Positions 47,600 to 59,959 are shown, numbered from the stretch's first letter. The stretch is DNA of 64,000 bases from an uncultured Nitrososphaeraceae archaeon (GCA_963729045.1 CAVSMN010000020.1:32001-96000); one strand, 5' to 3'. The notes: a model not told the origin generated them from the sequence alone. Numbers and translations: made by a program.

Positions 47600-48781
47600 T
47601 CATTCATTTTCTTTTTTTCTCTTTGCTTTATCAAACATCTGTCTAGCAAATGCACCCACAAACGCACCTGCAAAAATGCCGATGAACTGTCCATATGTCC
47701 CCCAGAAGTCTTTAAATTGATCATCGATACCCTTGGGTGGAATTACTGTTACTGTCAAGTTTACTGGCTTTGTTAAATAGCCTACAGTTGGATATTTTTT
47801 GGATAATTCAAACTTCGGATCTACCGTCCCACCTAGTGGCGCGTTAAATGTTGGTTTTGTTGTTGTGGCCATGGATGGCTCCCTTATTGTAACAACCAAA
47901 GGAATCGTGTAAATGCCAACAGGAGTTTGTTGAGGAACATCTATATTAATTAAAGGAGGTTGATTTCTTTGGATAGTCACATGAAGTTCACTTGAATTAA
48001 AACCGGATCGAATATTGTAATCATTAATTTTGCTGTTAAAACTGCTAGTATCACCCAAGGTTATATTAATGACATCATTAGAAAAACCAGAAGTGGATTT
48101 TATCCGAGCTGGAATTAACTGTTCTTCACCTTGCCTAATAGTTATATCACTTGGTGAAGTGGATATTTCCAGGCTAGGAGGAGGTATAGTCACCCAGTTA
48201 GTAAATTGTCTAACTTCATTGGGTCCGATTGACTCTGCTGAATAGAATAATAAATTATATTCAACGGGTGAGTTTATAGAACTCAGATCCAAATTTATCC
48301 TAACATAACCAGGACCTACAGATGATTCGGTATGGGATTGAGTAAAGTTCGTTTTAGATCCTATTAACATATAACCACCGGTCGAGGACAATTGGTAAAG
48401 ATATCCACTTAATTTTCCATCCACTGATTCGATATAAAAATCATAATCTGCACCGTTATATCCTGTTTTTGTGTTGGCGTCTGCATCAATAAGCATGCCG
48501 TAACTTAATTTTCTAGAAGATTGATTATCAGTAGAATTAAAAGTAGAAGAATAATTGCCAAAACCAGAATTCAACCAAATAGTAGTGTTTAAAATCTGTC
48601 CATCGCTAATATAATTGACTGCCAGTATGTCGGTATAGCTTGATTTTAAATATGCATTACTGTTGCCATATGTTTGAACCCAGTTACGATTTTCATTTAT
48701 TAGTTCTTGAAGCTCAAAAGCGGGTGACAAAGCCATAGCTACATTATGCAAAAAATCTTTGCTCAAAAATGATAATAACAA
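47600..48781 (-). CDS. Surface protein with Ig-like domain and C-terminal TM anchor
   Basis: TDILAVNYISDG, IDADANTKTG, GIYTIP, FWGTYGQFIGIFAGAFVG followed by a basic tail. Confidence 0.8.
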   Translation of the reverse strand: MLLSFLSKDFLHNVAMALSPAFELQELINENRNWVQTYGNSNAYLKSSYTDILAVNYISDGQILNTTIWLNSGFGNYSSTFNSTDNQSSRKLSYGMLIDADANTKTGYNGADYDFYIESVDGKLSGYLYQLSSTGGYMLIGSKTNFTQSHTESSVGPGYVRINLDLSSINSPVEYNLLFYSAESIGPNEVRQFTNWVTIPPPSLEISTSPSDITIRQGEEQLIPARIKSTSGFSNDVINITLGDTSSFNSKINDYNIRSGFNSSELHVTIQRNQPPLINIDVPQQTPVGIYTIPLVVTIREPSMATTTKPTFNAPLGGTVDPKFELSKKYPTVGYLTKPVNLTVTVIPPKGIDDQFKDFWGTYGQFIGIFAGAFVGAFARQMFDKAKRKKENE

Positions 48782-49289
48782 AAAGAAAGAAATAACTGCA
48801 ATTGAACTAAGAAGATCGTATTTATTAAACTGTATTTACCCCTAACGTTGTAAATTGTATTATAGGGGACTAAAAACTTTTTCTTATGAGGATTTCTTGA
48901 ACAAGGATAAAATTCTTATCCGGTCTTTTCCCATATCCATTTTATCATAGATTATTTAAGGTTCCTAATTATCTATCAAATCTAATAGCATTAATTTTGA
49001 TACAATTTTAATCAATTAGCTATAGACACCATATGTCCACAAAATGAAAAAGAGTGTGTCAAATCATGAAGACTTGCAAGTGTAGTTACAACCGTTTCTA
49101 TTTTCCATCTGTTCGGGTGGAATTAGTCAACCTGATGTTGTTCCGTTGGTTTTGACTTTTATGGACAGCATTTTTTAATGTAGGTAGAATAAATATTTAT
49201 GAATCTACAAAATGTAAAAAGTTTTTCATAATAATATTTATTGAAGATTATTTATAGTATCAAAAGGCAATACCAAAAAATAAAAACTG

Positions 49290-49908
49290 TTAGTGTTTGA
49301 ATTTGTGTCTTATATAAATACTCAAGGGAATTATAATCAACCAAAAATATTGCGCGATATTTAAGTTGACAAAAGAAACGATGACGGATAATAAAAATAC
49401 TAAAGGAAGAACTAACAGTTGGATAAACAAACCTTTCTTGAACAGGGGATGAAGGTTTTCACCTACGGCATTGATCCTTATTGCATACCACCAAATTACA
49501 ACAAGTGATGTACTTGCGGCAATAACCACTCCATAATAAATCAAATATGCGACCCGATATGAATCAAAAGTTATGACCAAAGATGTGGAGATGGATAAAA
49601 GGGTTATTAAGAGCAGAAAAAACAAGTTCAGATAAACCATAGAGAGATATGAATCCTTAATGTGATTGAATACCTGATGATATGAAACCCAGAACATGGC
49701 AATAATAAAGAAACTAAGAACGTAGCTTTCTACTTGGGAAGACATATCAAATAACTTTTCAATGAGTTGTGGTTCAGTAAGGTTTGAACTGAGATCCAGG
49801 AATATCAATTGTCAAGGCCATCAGAGTTATAGCGAATGCGAATACTGCATCACTAAATGATATAACGTGTTCTAATCTTATTCTGGGTGTGAATGCCTTT
49901 GTTGACAA
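49290..49908 (-). CDS. TMEM175-family potassium channel (frameshift near 49800)
   Basis: Upstream frame MSTKAFTPRIRLEHVISFSDAVFAFAITLMALTIDIP joins the ORF with SYVLSFFIIAMFWVSYHQVF. Confidence 0.88.
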
Positions 49909-50315
49909 ATTGAATAACTCAAATTAAAAAGATACCATTTTAAACTTTGTTCTATGCTTTTTGTATATTTCGTATCGAATCAATGTACGTACTTTTTTTG
50001 AATCTAATAAGCAATCACTTGCACTGTTCTTAGAGTTTAAATGAATTGATTTCAATAGTTTGAAAATGCTTTATTAATAAAAACTTTGTAACAGAGTTTC
50101 TAACGCAAATGTTGAAAGAATGAATGATGCTGTTGATTGGATTACGTGCTTTGGCATAATGGTTCCTCCCTCATGACTATACAATACTATTAGACTATTG
50201 GTTGTTTATCTGGATTAATAACAATAAGACAGGTAATATCGTATAATTACAATTATTTGCATCCGCTTGCATAAGATACGTCGTAATTAATACCAATGAA
50301 ATTGCTTTTTGTATT

Positions 50316-50879
50316 ATGCAGAATCTTAAACCATTAATATTTTTATTTGCTGTTATCATAGTTTCTAGTTTTGTTTTTATCGGATCCATCTCAAATCCTG
50401 TAATGGCTATTCCTCCACAATTAATCGATGACCAGTTTGTTTTTGGTCCAATTGCTGGACTTTCAGAAAATGAAAGTGGTGCTGTTGATTGGATTATGAT
50501 AGGAAACTGGAGATTAAACATAGCAAATGATACGGATATTCAGAATAATCAATCCTCAGATGTCTTTAATGCTGCTATTGAAATGATAAAACCTGATGGC
50601 ACAGCAAGACATACACATACCCTAACAGATTTTGTTGTTTTAAATGTGTCTCATCCAGACAACAACTCTACGCTATATAATGGAACATCGACGATAAGTT
50701 TGCAAGCTGGTCCCGCAACCGATATTCCTACCTCTATACAAAAATCAAATGACAAAGTAATAATCATAAATATCGATCCGGAAAGTGTGGATAATCATTT
50801 TGGTAAGTTACCTATTTACGGTATTCGATCTGATCCCCAATTTATGCATAATTCACCCATGTCAAAACTAGTCAAGTGA
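50316..50879 (+). CDS. Secreted HxH-motif beta protein, paralog 2
   Basis: WIMIGNW, MIKPDGTARHTHTL, NGTSTI, HFGKLPIYG. Confidence 0.8.
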   Translation: MQNLKPLIFLFAVIIVSSFVFIGSISNPVMAIPPQLIDDQFVFGPIAGLSENESGAVDWIMIGNWRLNIANDTDIQNNQSSDVFNAAIEMIKPDGTARHTHTLTDFVVLNVSHPDNNSTLYNGTSTISLQAGPATDIPTSIQKSNDKVIIINIDPESVDNHFGKLPIYGIRSDPQFMHNSPMSKLVK

Positions 50880-51095
50880 ATTGGGTATCGAGTTTTCCAT
50901 CAGTATTCTGCCCTCCCTTTCCTAGTTTGGATTTCTCGATAAGTCGAATAGTCACAATATTGTTATTACTATTTGAAATTTAGAGTATCAGATTGGAGAT
51001 TATTGGCAATCTATAAATAACCGATGAATCATCTATTATATACCTACCAATTCATGGAAGAGGATCACTCTTTCAATTGAACGAATACCTACCAG

Positions 51096-51223
51096 TGTGG
51101 AGTAATAAAGGCTACATTCATGTGATAAGTATGATGAAAAAAAAGTCAGTAATGACCTTGTTTATCAAAATACAAAAACGTGGAGGGTTACGAGACACCT
51201 ATTGATGCCTTTATTACTCCGCA
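51096..51223 (+). ncRNA. Candidate structured non-coding RNA, copy 2
   Basis: 17-bp closing stem tgtggagtaataaaggc/gcctttattactccgca (one G.U pair); GTCA-GTAA-TGAC GNRA hairpin; shared motifs with copy 1. Confidence 0.6.
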
Positions 51224-51878
51224 GTTTTTATCATCACTTTTAACCAGTAATTCATGTTCTTTGTTATCAGAATTTTAATTGAGTGATAGTATTTCTCAAA
51301 ACTGAGGATAATAATAATGACAATAGTAAGTATGTGTATGTAAAATATTTCTGCAACCAAAATTGACAATATTCACACCCAAGTCCTATAGATTCGTTAG
51401 ATTTTGAAAAGTCAATAAATTTGAATACCCATTTCATATAATCGATCATCAATGATCAGATTTTTAAATTGATAATACTATAATCGTTCCTTTCAACCAT
51501 AAGAAAAGAATTATTCCAGGCTAATTGGCTTTTTTGTGCCTAATAAAATAACTAATAGAGTTTTTCTGATGCCATATTTTATCATGCATTTTTAGATCTG
51601 CTTCTGTCCATATACTCAATCCACCATGGCATAAATTACATGTAACCATGGAATTTCTATCCCCCTTTCTCCCCTTTAGATTCATCGTGTACATTAAGCA
51701 TGCTCAGTGTTAAGCATTGCTATCATAACATTGGTTGCATAGCGAACAGTTTAGATCTAATTGAACTTTCTGAAATATTATTTTTCCCTCAAAGATTCAA
51801 AGATTTGTATACTATGTCTTGAAAGTGGCATTGGTTGTGATTTCGTGAATGGTATACAAAAATCTATTTAAAAAATAT

Positions 51879-52103
51879 TCAAAATGGTCCTTTCCACCAT
51901 CTTACTTCCTTCTTAAAACATGTTGGGCAACGTAATCTTACAGTATCTAGGTGAATATTTCCAGACGCTTCATAAAAGGATGTGCTCCATGAACAACTGT
52001 CACATTTTATAAAGTACTTAAAAAGGACGTCTTGATCTGATTGATCCTCTTTATTCATTGGTTGTTGGATGGCATTTTCTTGCTCACGGATCATCTTAAT
52101 CAA
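51879..52103 (-). CDS. Small zinc-ribbon protein
   Basis: CDSC...CPTC. Confidence 0.6.
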   Translation of the reverse strand: MIKMIREQENAIQQPMNKEDQSDQDVLFKYFIKCDSCSWSTSFYEASGNIHLDTVRLRCPTCFKKEVRWWKGPF

Positions 52104-52813
52104 ACATACTCTATCATTCGAACAATAAAAATAATGTCAAACATTAGAAGATGAAAATGTATATGCTAAATATTCATACTATATGCTGAGGAAGAAAGCA
52201 ATCTATAATTCATTCTCAATAACATATTTTACATTATTGTATAATCACATGAATAACACCAGATTAGTAATATCTTGTTGCCACGAGTATTAAGAGATTC
52301 TAAATTTCCATCAGGTTCTAAGTGAACAGTCTTTGTATTTTTGTATAATTATATCTCATAGAAAGACCCGTCTGTTGAAAACATAGCCAGGTAGATGTAC
52401 GTTACTAATGTTCATTATGAACAGACAAATGCCATTGTTCTTTTTTTGAAAACATCATACAATTGCGTGTGAATCAATATGTGAATCTAGAAAAAGAATG
52501 TTTTCTATTATTGTTACAGTTATGAAGCATTAAGAGAAAAACAAATGTTAAGATAATTAATATAAATAATAAATGCCTCTTCCGGATAGTGCATGGTTGG
52601 AGTTTGAACTAAATCACAGGTTCCACCCACAATTTCAATTTTAGATAATGTCATCTCATATTTTTATGAAAGCGATATTATGGTATGACAAATAAGTCAT
52701 TAACTAACAAAACATCCCCTATAGATGTGAGAAAAGAAAGATAATTTCAATCATTGAATTTCAGTAAACAATACAAGAGTAGTTTTCCATACTGCTATGA
52801 ATATTTACAACAT

Positions 52814-53821
52814 TTATCTAAAAATATAGTTAAAAACTACGAAAACTAAGGCAGCAACAGCAGCGCTAGCAGGTATGGTTATTATCCATGCATAAATAAT
52901 TCTCCTGCCTACACCCCATCGCACGGCGGAAAGCCTCCGAGTCGCTCCCACTCCCATTATTGCTCCAGAAATAGCATGTGTTGTGCTGACAGGTATCCCC
53001 AGCCATGCCATGGCTGCAAGAATCACTCCACCCCCAGTTTCTGCGCAGAATCCCTGATAGGGTTTTAGATCTGTAAGCTTAAATGCCATCGTTTTTACAA
53101 TTCGCCATCCACCGAAAAAGGTACCTAATCCCATCGCAATTGCTGCACTTAATATCACCCAAAGAGGAACAACGAATTCATTTGACTGCAAAAACCCTCC
53201 TGCTATCAACAATGCCGTTATTATACCCATCGTTTTTTGTCCGTCGTTAGCACCATGGGTCAGTGAAAAAAAAATTGATGAGCATATTTGTAGTTTGCCA
53301 AACACTCTATTGATTGATCGTGGTTTTTTTCTTTTTAGAAAATACACCAATAGTGTAGCAAAAATAAATGCCAGTAAAAATCCCAAGGCCGGTGAGGCAA
53401 TCATGAAAATAATGGTTTTTTCTACCCCTTCAAATACTATAGTTTGAATCCCACCTGAAATTAATGCGGAGCCAATTAAACCTCCAATCAATGCATGGCT
53501 GCTGGAAGAAGGCAATCCAAAATACCAAGTAATCAAATTCCATACAATAGCTCCAATTAAACCAGCCAATATCACTTCAGTGGTTGCAAATTCTGGCTGA
53601 ATTATTCCTTTTCCAACAGTTGCGGCTACAGCAGTTCCGAAAATAAACGGCCCTATAAAATTTGTAATAGATGCCATGGTCACTGCGTGTAATGGTTTAA
53701 GAGTTCTAGTTCCAACCACTGTTGCAATTGCATTTGCTGAATCATGAAAGCCATTTACGAAATCAAACAAAAGGGCTAAAGATATAGTCCCAATGGTGAT
53801 ATATAACAAACTCTCCTCCAT
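52814..53821 (-). CDS. pit: PiT-family inorganic phosphate transporter
   Basis: NGFHDSANAIAT, GLPSSSSHALIGG, HGANDGQK, GIPVSTTH. Confidence 0.95.
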   Translation of the reverse strand: MEESLLYITIGTISLALLFDFVNGFHDSANAIATVVGTRTLKPLHAVTMASITNFIGPFIFGTAVAATVGKGIIQPEFATTEVILAGLIGAIVWNLITWYFGLPSSSSHALIGGLIGSALISGGIQTIVFEGVEKTIIFMIASPALGFLLAFIFATLLVYFLKRKKPRSINRVFGKLQICSSIFFSLTHGANDGQKTMGIITALLIAGGFLQSNEFVVPLWVILSAAIAMGLGTFFGGWRIVKTMAFKLTDLKPYQGFCAETGGGVILAAMAWLGIPVSTTHAISGAIMGVGATRRLSAVRWGVGRRIIYAWIITIPASAAVAALVFVVFNYIFR

Positions 53822-53915
53822 GGTTAAATATTCAAATTATTAAAGAGACTATATCTTTCTATCCAACAATTACACTATTCTAAATATCACCTGAAATAAC
53901 ATACAGAGAAATACA

Positions 53916-54611
53916 TTATCCATATTTAAGGACAATATCTTCTATTATATCAGCTACATCTTGACATTTATCTAATGAAGACTCAAAATTCTCGTATATT
54001 TCTTTTAATTTTATTACTTCAATGGCATCTGTGTTGGTTTCAAATAATTCAGCAATTGCTCTTCTGTACAATTTATCCGCTTGTTGCTCATAATTCTTAA
54101 TATTATTACAATGAGGCAGCAATTCAAAAGCATTCTTCATATTATATAGTGCTTTGGTAACAAAATGTATTTCCTGGGTTGCGCCAAGTAGAATCTTAGA
54201 AAGGTCGATCATAATAGAAGTAGGTCTTTCAATGTTAAACAGCAAAAACCTATCTGCTATCCCATCTGTATAATCCAACACTTCATCTATCGCACTAGCG
54301 AGTCCAGCGATATCCTCCCGATCCAAGGGAGTTACAAACGTTTGAGATAAAGTAGTAAATAAATTATGAGTTATATTATCACCTTCGTGTTCCAAATCCT
54401 TGATTTTCGATATCTTCCCTTTACTAATGTTTTTTTCCTGACTTTCTAGTATGATTTCAACCAAAGATGTTGTTGCATTTACTAAATTAGCAGATTGTTT
54501 TTCCAACATTTCGATTATTACTTTATCATTGCCTTTCAACCATGAGAGCCATTTTTTAGAAACCACGTATGATTCATGAACGTAATTTCTTCTTTTATCT
54601 TTATCGACCAA
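53916..54611 (-). CDS. DUF47 PhoU-like phosphate transport regulator
   Basis: LEHEGD, TFVTPLDREDI, EQQAD, KEIYE..E...DKCQDVA; upstream of pit. Confidence 0.92.
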   Translation of the reverse strand: MVDKDKRRNYVHESYVVSKKWLSWLKGNDKVIIEMLEKQSANLVNATTSLVEIILESQEKNISKGKISKIKDLEHEGDNITHNLFTTLSQTFVTPLDREDIAGLASAIDEVLDYTDGIADRFLLFNIERPTSIMIDLSKILLGATQEIHFVTKALYNMKNAFELLPHCNNIKNYEQQADKLYRRAIAELFETNTDAIEVIKLKEIYENFESSLDKCQDVADIIEDIVLKYG

Positions 54612-54756
54612 ATAAATGCATTAATCCTGTTCTATATATTCGAGGTTGCTTGGTTTGGGTTGAAGAATTAATGGGTTCAATTTGAATTTATTATTATCAT
54701 TTGAGACAGTTTACATATAAAAAAAGTGGGTTTGTGATTAATTTGGAGGTAATTAT

Positions 54757-55974
54757 CTAGTTGTTATCACCATCATCGTTACTACCATTGTCTTCATTGC
54801 TATCTGTGTTATCATCGTCATTGCTTCCATCGCCATCGTCAGTATCTTCTCCAGTGTTATCTCCTGAAGAGTCGGAGTTAGATGGGGGACCTTGATCCTT
54901 TTCTGAAGAATCTTCATCTTCCCCCTCACTTTGTTCTTCATTTTCTGCATCCTGGCATTCAGACGAATTTCCTCCAGAAGAGCCGGATTCCTCATTACAA
55001 TTTTCGTCATTATAATATGGATTCCCATTATCATCTGTTTTCTTTTCTCCGCGCTGATTATCATCATTGTCATTATTATTTTGATCATCATTATCAGAAT
55101 CACTTCTAGTATTGCTTGAATCATTGTTACTGTTATCTATACTTGACAATCCAACTCCACTATTTGACGATGAAATATTACTCAAAGCACCAACACTATT
55201 TAAAGACTCTCCAGTTGAAACAAATGATGATTTTGAACTAAAAGGTAAACCCATAGAGCTTTGATCAGATTCAACATTTAGTGAATAGAATGCAGCTTGG
55301 GATTTAGTTTTATTGTCTGTAATGGTGATATCAAATGGAGCCATTTGATTCTGAGACAAATTAGCAACATTTAGTCCAAAACTTTGAGTTCCAACTATAC
55401 CAAGACTTGAATTGTCATAAAATGTTGCAACAAGATTTAAGAATTGTTCTGGGAATTGTCCTTGGTTTATTATATTACCTGTGATATGAGGATTACCAAC
55501 ATTGTCAAAGAAGGCACTGCTGCCGTTGATAATTAGGTTTGCAGGTTTTTCTATTGCAGGTTGAGAACTTGTAGCGAATTCAATAAAGTTAAACTTGCCT
55601 AATATTTGAGGGTCCTGTATCAATATATCAAATGGGGAGGATTCACCATGTCTCAGGGTTCCTATTGATGAGAAAGCAGAATGATTGCCTACTATAGTAT
55701 TGTTTGTTGTATTGGATAAAATTGTTGTAATTACAATATTTGTTTGAGGATCAAATGCAGTGTTATTTACTTCACCTATGACATGAAAATTTCCCATATC
55801 ATCTATGAAAGTCGAAGTACTAAGAATCTGGATGGTGTTAGAATCAAGATTTTGAGCAAATCCCAAATTGGCTCTTAACGAAGGGTCAGATCCGGCAAAA
55901 GTAAAAATGAAAGAGAGTGACGCTATCAAAGTAGTTAGTAGAAATATGCTTGTAGTTTTTTTCGACCTTAACAA
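54757..55974 (-). CDS. Secreted protein with two FxLYD-like domains and an acidic D/E/N/S tail
   Basis: FHVIGEVNN...GESSPF; HITGNIIN...VATFYD...QMAPF; long acidic tail. Confidence 0.82.
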   Translation of the reverse strand: MLRSKKTTSIFLLTTLIASLSFIFTFAGSDPSLRANLGFAQNLDSNTIQILSTSTFIDDMGNFHVIGEVNNTAFDPQTNIVITTILSNTTNNTIVGNHSAFSSIGTLRHGESSPFDILIQDPQILGKFNFIEFATSSQPAIEKPANLIINGSSAFFDNVGNPHITGNIINQGQFPEQFLNLVATFYDNSSLGIVGTQSFGLNVANLSQNQMAPFDITITDNKTKSQAAFYSLNVESDQSSMGLPFSSKSSFVSTGESLNSVGALSNISSSNSGVGLSSIDNSNNDSSNTRSDSDNDDQNNNDNDDNQRGEKKTDDNGNPYYNDENCNEESGSSGGNSSECQDAENEEQSEGEDEDSSEKDQGPPSNSDSSGDNTGEDTDDGDGSNDDDNTDSNEDNGSNDDGDNN

Positions 55975-56547
55975 ATTAATTGTTAATTATTTAACAAAAA
56001 CAATTATTAAAATAATTTGTTAACATGGTTAACAAAAATAATACTACTCGTTAATTTTAGAACAATCATATAGAATAATTGTGATTTATTATTTAATTTG
56101 TTTGCCTTATTTTTGAGATTGATTAATACTATTTACTTTAATTGCGGTCTTAAAATTAAAAATCATTTAATTTATGGGTTCATGAAAAATTGTCTGTTGA
56201 TAAATCACAAGATAGCTAAATGGATTATCACAAATATGCAAATCCTTTTTCCTAATAGTAGATGTTAATAGCAGAATTTAATCTAGTTACTGGTACGCCA
56301 TTTCTTATTCTAATTTGCTCAATTGGCATTGCGTCAAACAACAACCATTAAAAAACATCATAAAATCACCGGAGAAAAGGCATTCAGTGGAACTATACTC
56401 ACCCCAAAAATCTTTTAAAATGATTATCAATGGTCAAGGACCAATTACAGCCATCCTAGGAAATATCGGACTAGTTATACAATCAATTGTTAGATAGGGA
56501 TTGTAAAGACCTGTACTCTTTTTAATATGGTAATACAAACATAATTT

Positions 56548-57045
56548 ATGAAATTTACATCTAAATTGTTTTTACTACCATTTTTATCCGTATTAATGAC
56601 TTCTCTTGTAACATTGACCTGTTTTGGTTCAGAATTAGATTCAAAATTAAGAAATGACACCTCCACTGGGGCCAATTTCAGCAAGACCAATCCCAATCAA
56701 ATCGATCTGGAAAGTAAACGTAGCACTGATAACTCATCATCAGCCTTGGGGACAGCGGAGAATAAAGGAGTAATGATAGTGAAAGTAACCACATTAAATG
56801 GAGAAAATGGAAGGAATGTCTCTTCTGATTTCACAGTGAATATTCATGCCAACGACCCAATCCCTGATACCTTTAAAGGAAATGCTTCTGGAACTACGGT
56901 AAAATTATCAATGGGAATGTACAGTGTTACTATATCATCTATTCCTAACTACAATTCTTCCTTCTCCAGTGACTGTAACGGTGGAATAATGAAAGTAGAG
57001 ACAAAGGATTGCAACATTGTAATGACATATATTAAATCTGATTAA
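56548..57045 (+). CDS. Secreted protein with prealbumin/SpaA-like domain
   Basis: SSDFTVNI, PDTFKG..SGTTV.L..GMYSV, FSSDCNG...C.I. Confidence 0.75.
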   Translation: MKFTSKLFLLPFLSVLMTSLVTLTCFGSELDSKLRNDTSTGANFSKTNPNQIDLESKRSTDNSSSALGTAENKGVMIVKVTTLNGENGRNVSSDFTVNIHANDPIPDTFKGNASGTTVKLSMGMYSVTISSIPNYNSSFSSDCNGGIMKVETKDCNIVMTYIKSD

Positions 57046-57434
57046 GTGATGCATTGTTTATACGTATGGATTCTTAAACATCACAGTATCGCTATGATTT
57101 TTAGATACCACTATACAATCTTTATATCTCATCATGACAGTCGACAAACCCATTGAACCAGTTAACTTTGTGTTATAGATTAGATCACGATTATTAAATG
57201 CAGAAAATGATGGATTTAGTGATTCAGGATCTGGATTAGTTTCTCAAGTCAACTTGATTAATTTCAAGATGCATGTTCATGGAGGTCTTTTCAGTAACAG
57301 TCCTTACGGATCAAGTTGTGACAAAACGTTCTCATATTATCCTTTTCTAACATTGGTCGTTTTGAATCAATCTTTAGAATCCAACTGATGATTATGAGAT
57401 TGAATTAAACTATTAATATCCAGAAAAAAACACA

Positions 57435-58095
57435 TCAAATTTTGAACTTGACAAGTCGTTCAATCATCTTATGAGCACTAGTTACTAAAAGTGCCGCTCC
57501 ACTTCCCAATAGAATACCGCCTATTAGATCAGTAGGATAATGAACTCCAAGGTATAAACGGGATAAACAAACTAATCCTGCTTCGATTACAAGAAGAGAG
57601 GATATCAATTTCTGCCTAGGACATTTTCTTAACAATAATAAAGCTGCTAATGCACCAGCTGATACCATACTGGCATGACCAGAAGGATAGGATTCATCTA
57701 CCGGTAATTTATTGACAGAAGTTTCGTAATAAACAAGCGGTCTATCCCTGTCAACCAAATCTTTCACCAAAGTAGTCAAAGGAATAACAAGTATAAATGA
57801 AATCAAGATAATTATGGCAACTATTCTACCATCAATTCCTCCAAATACAAACAACAGGATAGGAACAATAATCCAAAAATACTCTCGACCAAAATCGGAC
57901 AAAATATTCATAAATTCGGTTACGACAGGGGAAAAGAAATAGCTTCGAGCCTGTAACACACCAGTATCAAATTCATAAAAGAAACTGCCCTCAGATGAAT
58001 TATCATGCAATTCAATAACATCATTATAAACTACAAAGTGTAAAGACTATGAAAATTCCAAATACGATAATAGAGGAAACTAAATATTTATTCAT
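57435..58095 (-). CDS. PAP2-family phosphatase (N-terminal frameshift near 58035)
   Basis: K.LVDRDRP, SYPSGH, SRLYLGVHYPTD; upstream frame MNKYLVSSIIVFGIFIVFTL. Confidence 0.9.
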
Positions 58096-58935
58096 AACAT
58101 CTTACTGATTGATTGAATAGGAATGATATCAATTTTTATCCGCAGTGGTAGAATCATTTGTTAAACATCACCATTCATTTGCTCTATAGTTTCTCTCAAA
58201 TTTAATTGTAAGAGCAAAAGAAGCCTTCAGTTATTATTCGCTTTCACTTCACATTAATGTAAATGAAAATCCATTAAAAAATACTATCCAAGACCCAATT
58301 ATGTGTGAATGAGGAATCCGTATCAAAATCTTTTTTTCCTGAATCCGTAGTAACTCTATGTCAAAACGAATTAGTCAATATTTACAAGAGGAGAGCCCCT
58401 GGATCTAATATTCATGGCTATTCATTTTTACCCCATGGATTTGGTTTTGATGAAGATGCAAATCTAATCAACTAAGGTCATATTATGTAAGATCTATAAT
58501 CAATATGCCAAACATAGTAATTTTTTTTCATTACTTTTGAAATGTCCGGGCTTTTGTATATAATAGGAGATTAATACCCCGTGGCAACAGCCATTAGTTT
58601 CTACAACGGGATTAGATGGTAATTGAAATGCTACTCATTCATTGTATGCTTAGTAATGGTTACCATCTCAGTAACAATAGCCTAAAATTCTCTATGGCTA
58701 TGAAAATCTAGACCAAGTAAAAGAAATACAAAACATTTTTTTGTAATCTGTCCTATTGGATTTACAGACTTTTTCAAGACAAAGTAGCAAAACCCTACAA
58801 AATAATTTATTGATAGTATTTAGACTTAGTTTACATTAAGGCATGATCACAATAAACATTGATAGGAAACATTTTGGGTAGGAAATACGATCCCCTTACG
58901 AAAAAAATTTATGTATTAATTTAATACATTCTCTA

Positions 58936-59683
58936 GTGAGCATATTTTTTTCCATATCAAAATATAATATATCAATCATCCTATCCCTTGTAATAATTTT
59001 GTTAGCCACTTCCGTCGGAATAGCACTTACGATTTTGGATCCCATACAGCAGAAACCGTACATGATAAAGGCGCATGCACAAATGATTTCCGAGCCAGTT
59101 CCCAATCCTACAGCCAGTTTTACTCGGGGCCATGATAACAATAACCTCACTATGAGTGGACAAAATGAGCCAATGTCTAGTATTGGCATCAGGACACTTC
59201 GCAAATAACCAGATGGAAAATGGCATAGTAACTTGGATTCAAGGGGGATTATGGAATTTGGAAATCAAAGATTCTAGCGACAAAAATATGAAAAATTCAA
59301 ACATGAGTGCAACTTTTAATGCTAATTTTACCATGATAAAACCCGATGGAAGCCTTTCCCATAATCATCTGATTAATAATTTTACCTCAAATAACGTTAT
59401 TTTTGCTGGAAATGACATCGTAGTTACAGGGTTATCAAGCATACATTCCGATAATGGAACCCAATACGCACAGGTGCCAATTACTATTCACCTTATGGGC
59501 AAAAAGGTTTTGGGTTTAATGATTGATGTTAACAAAACTGGAGGTCATTTTTCTAGTTCTAAGGAAATGTTTGGTACTCTAATCAGCGGAATAGGATTGG
59601 ATGGTTCTAATACCAACAATACTACTAATCCTAATCCCAGAGTTAATTCTACAAATTTGAATCACTCACACGCCTTGGATTAA
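58936..59683 (+). CDS. Secreted HxH-motif beta protein, paralog 3 (frameshift near 59175)
   Basis: Signal ORF 58936-59208 plus WIQGGLW, FTMIKPDGSLSHNHLI, GHF in 59156-59683. Confidence 0.75.
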
Positions 59684-59959
59684 GTGACCAGTACTATAAA
59701 CTAAACATAAAATTTTACATCTCTAGTAAAATATCTTGACAGGCATAGGCAACGTACCTTGGTCTACATGTTTAAAACTATCTTTAACATGTCGTATCAA
59801 GTATATGATGCTAATTCAGTTAAAAGTGCCAGAATTTTGTTGCCAACGCAATTATTGAACGGCAATTCGGCATAAATTTTCTAGTAATAGCTATTAGACA
59901 GATAAGTCTATAGTATTTGGAAGTTCGAAGATCGTAAATAAGATAACGGTATTTATAGC

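Noticed and set aside
50129..50496. 17-bp direct repeat tgctgttgattggatta upstream of and inside paralog 2
   Set aside because: Isolated short match without flanking homology or structure
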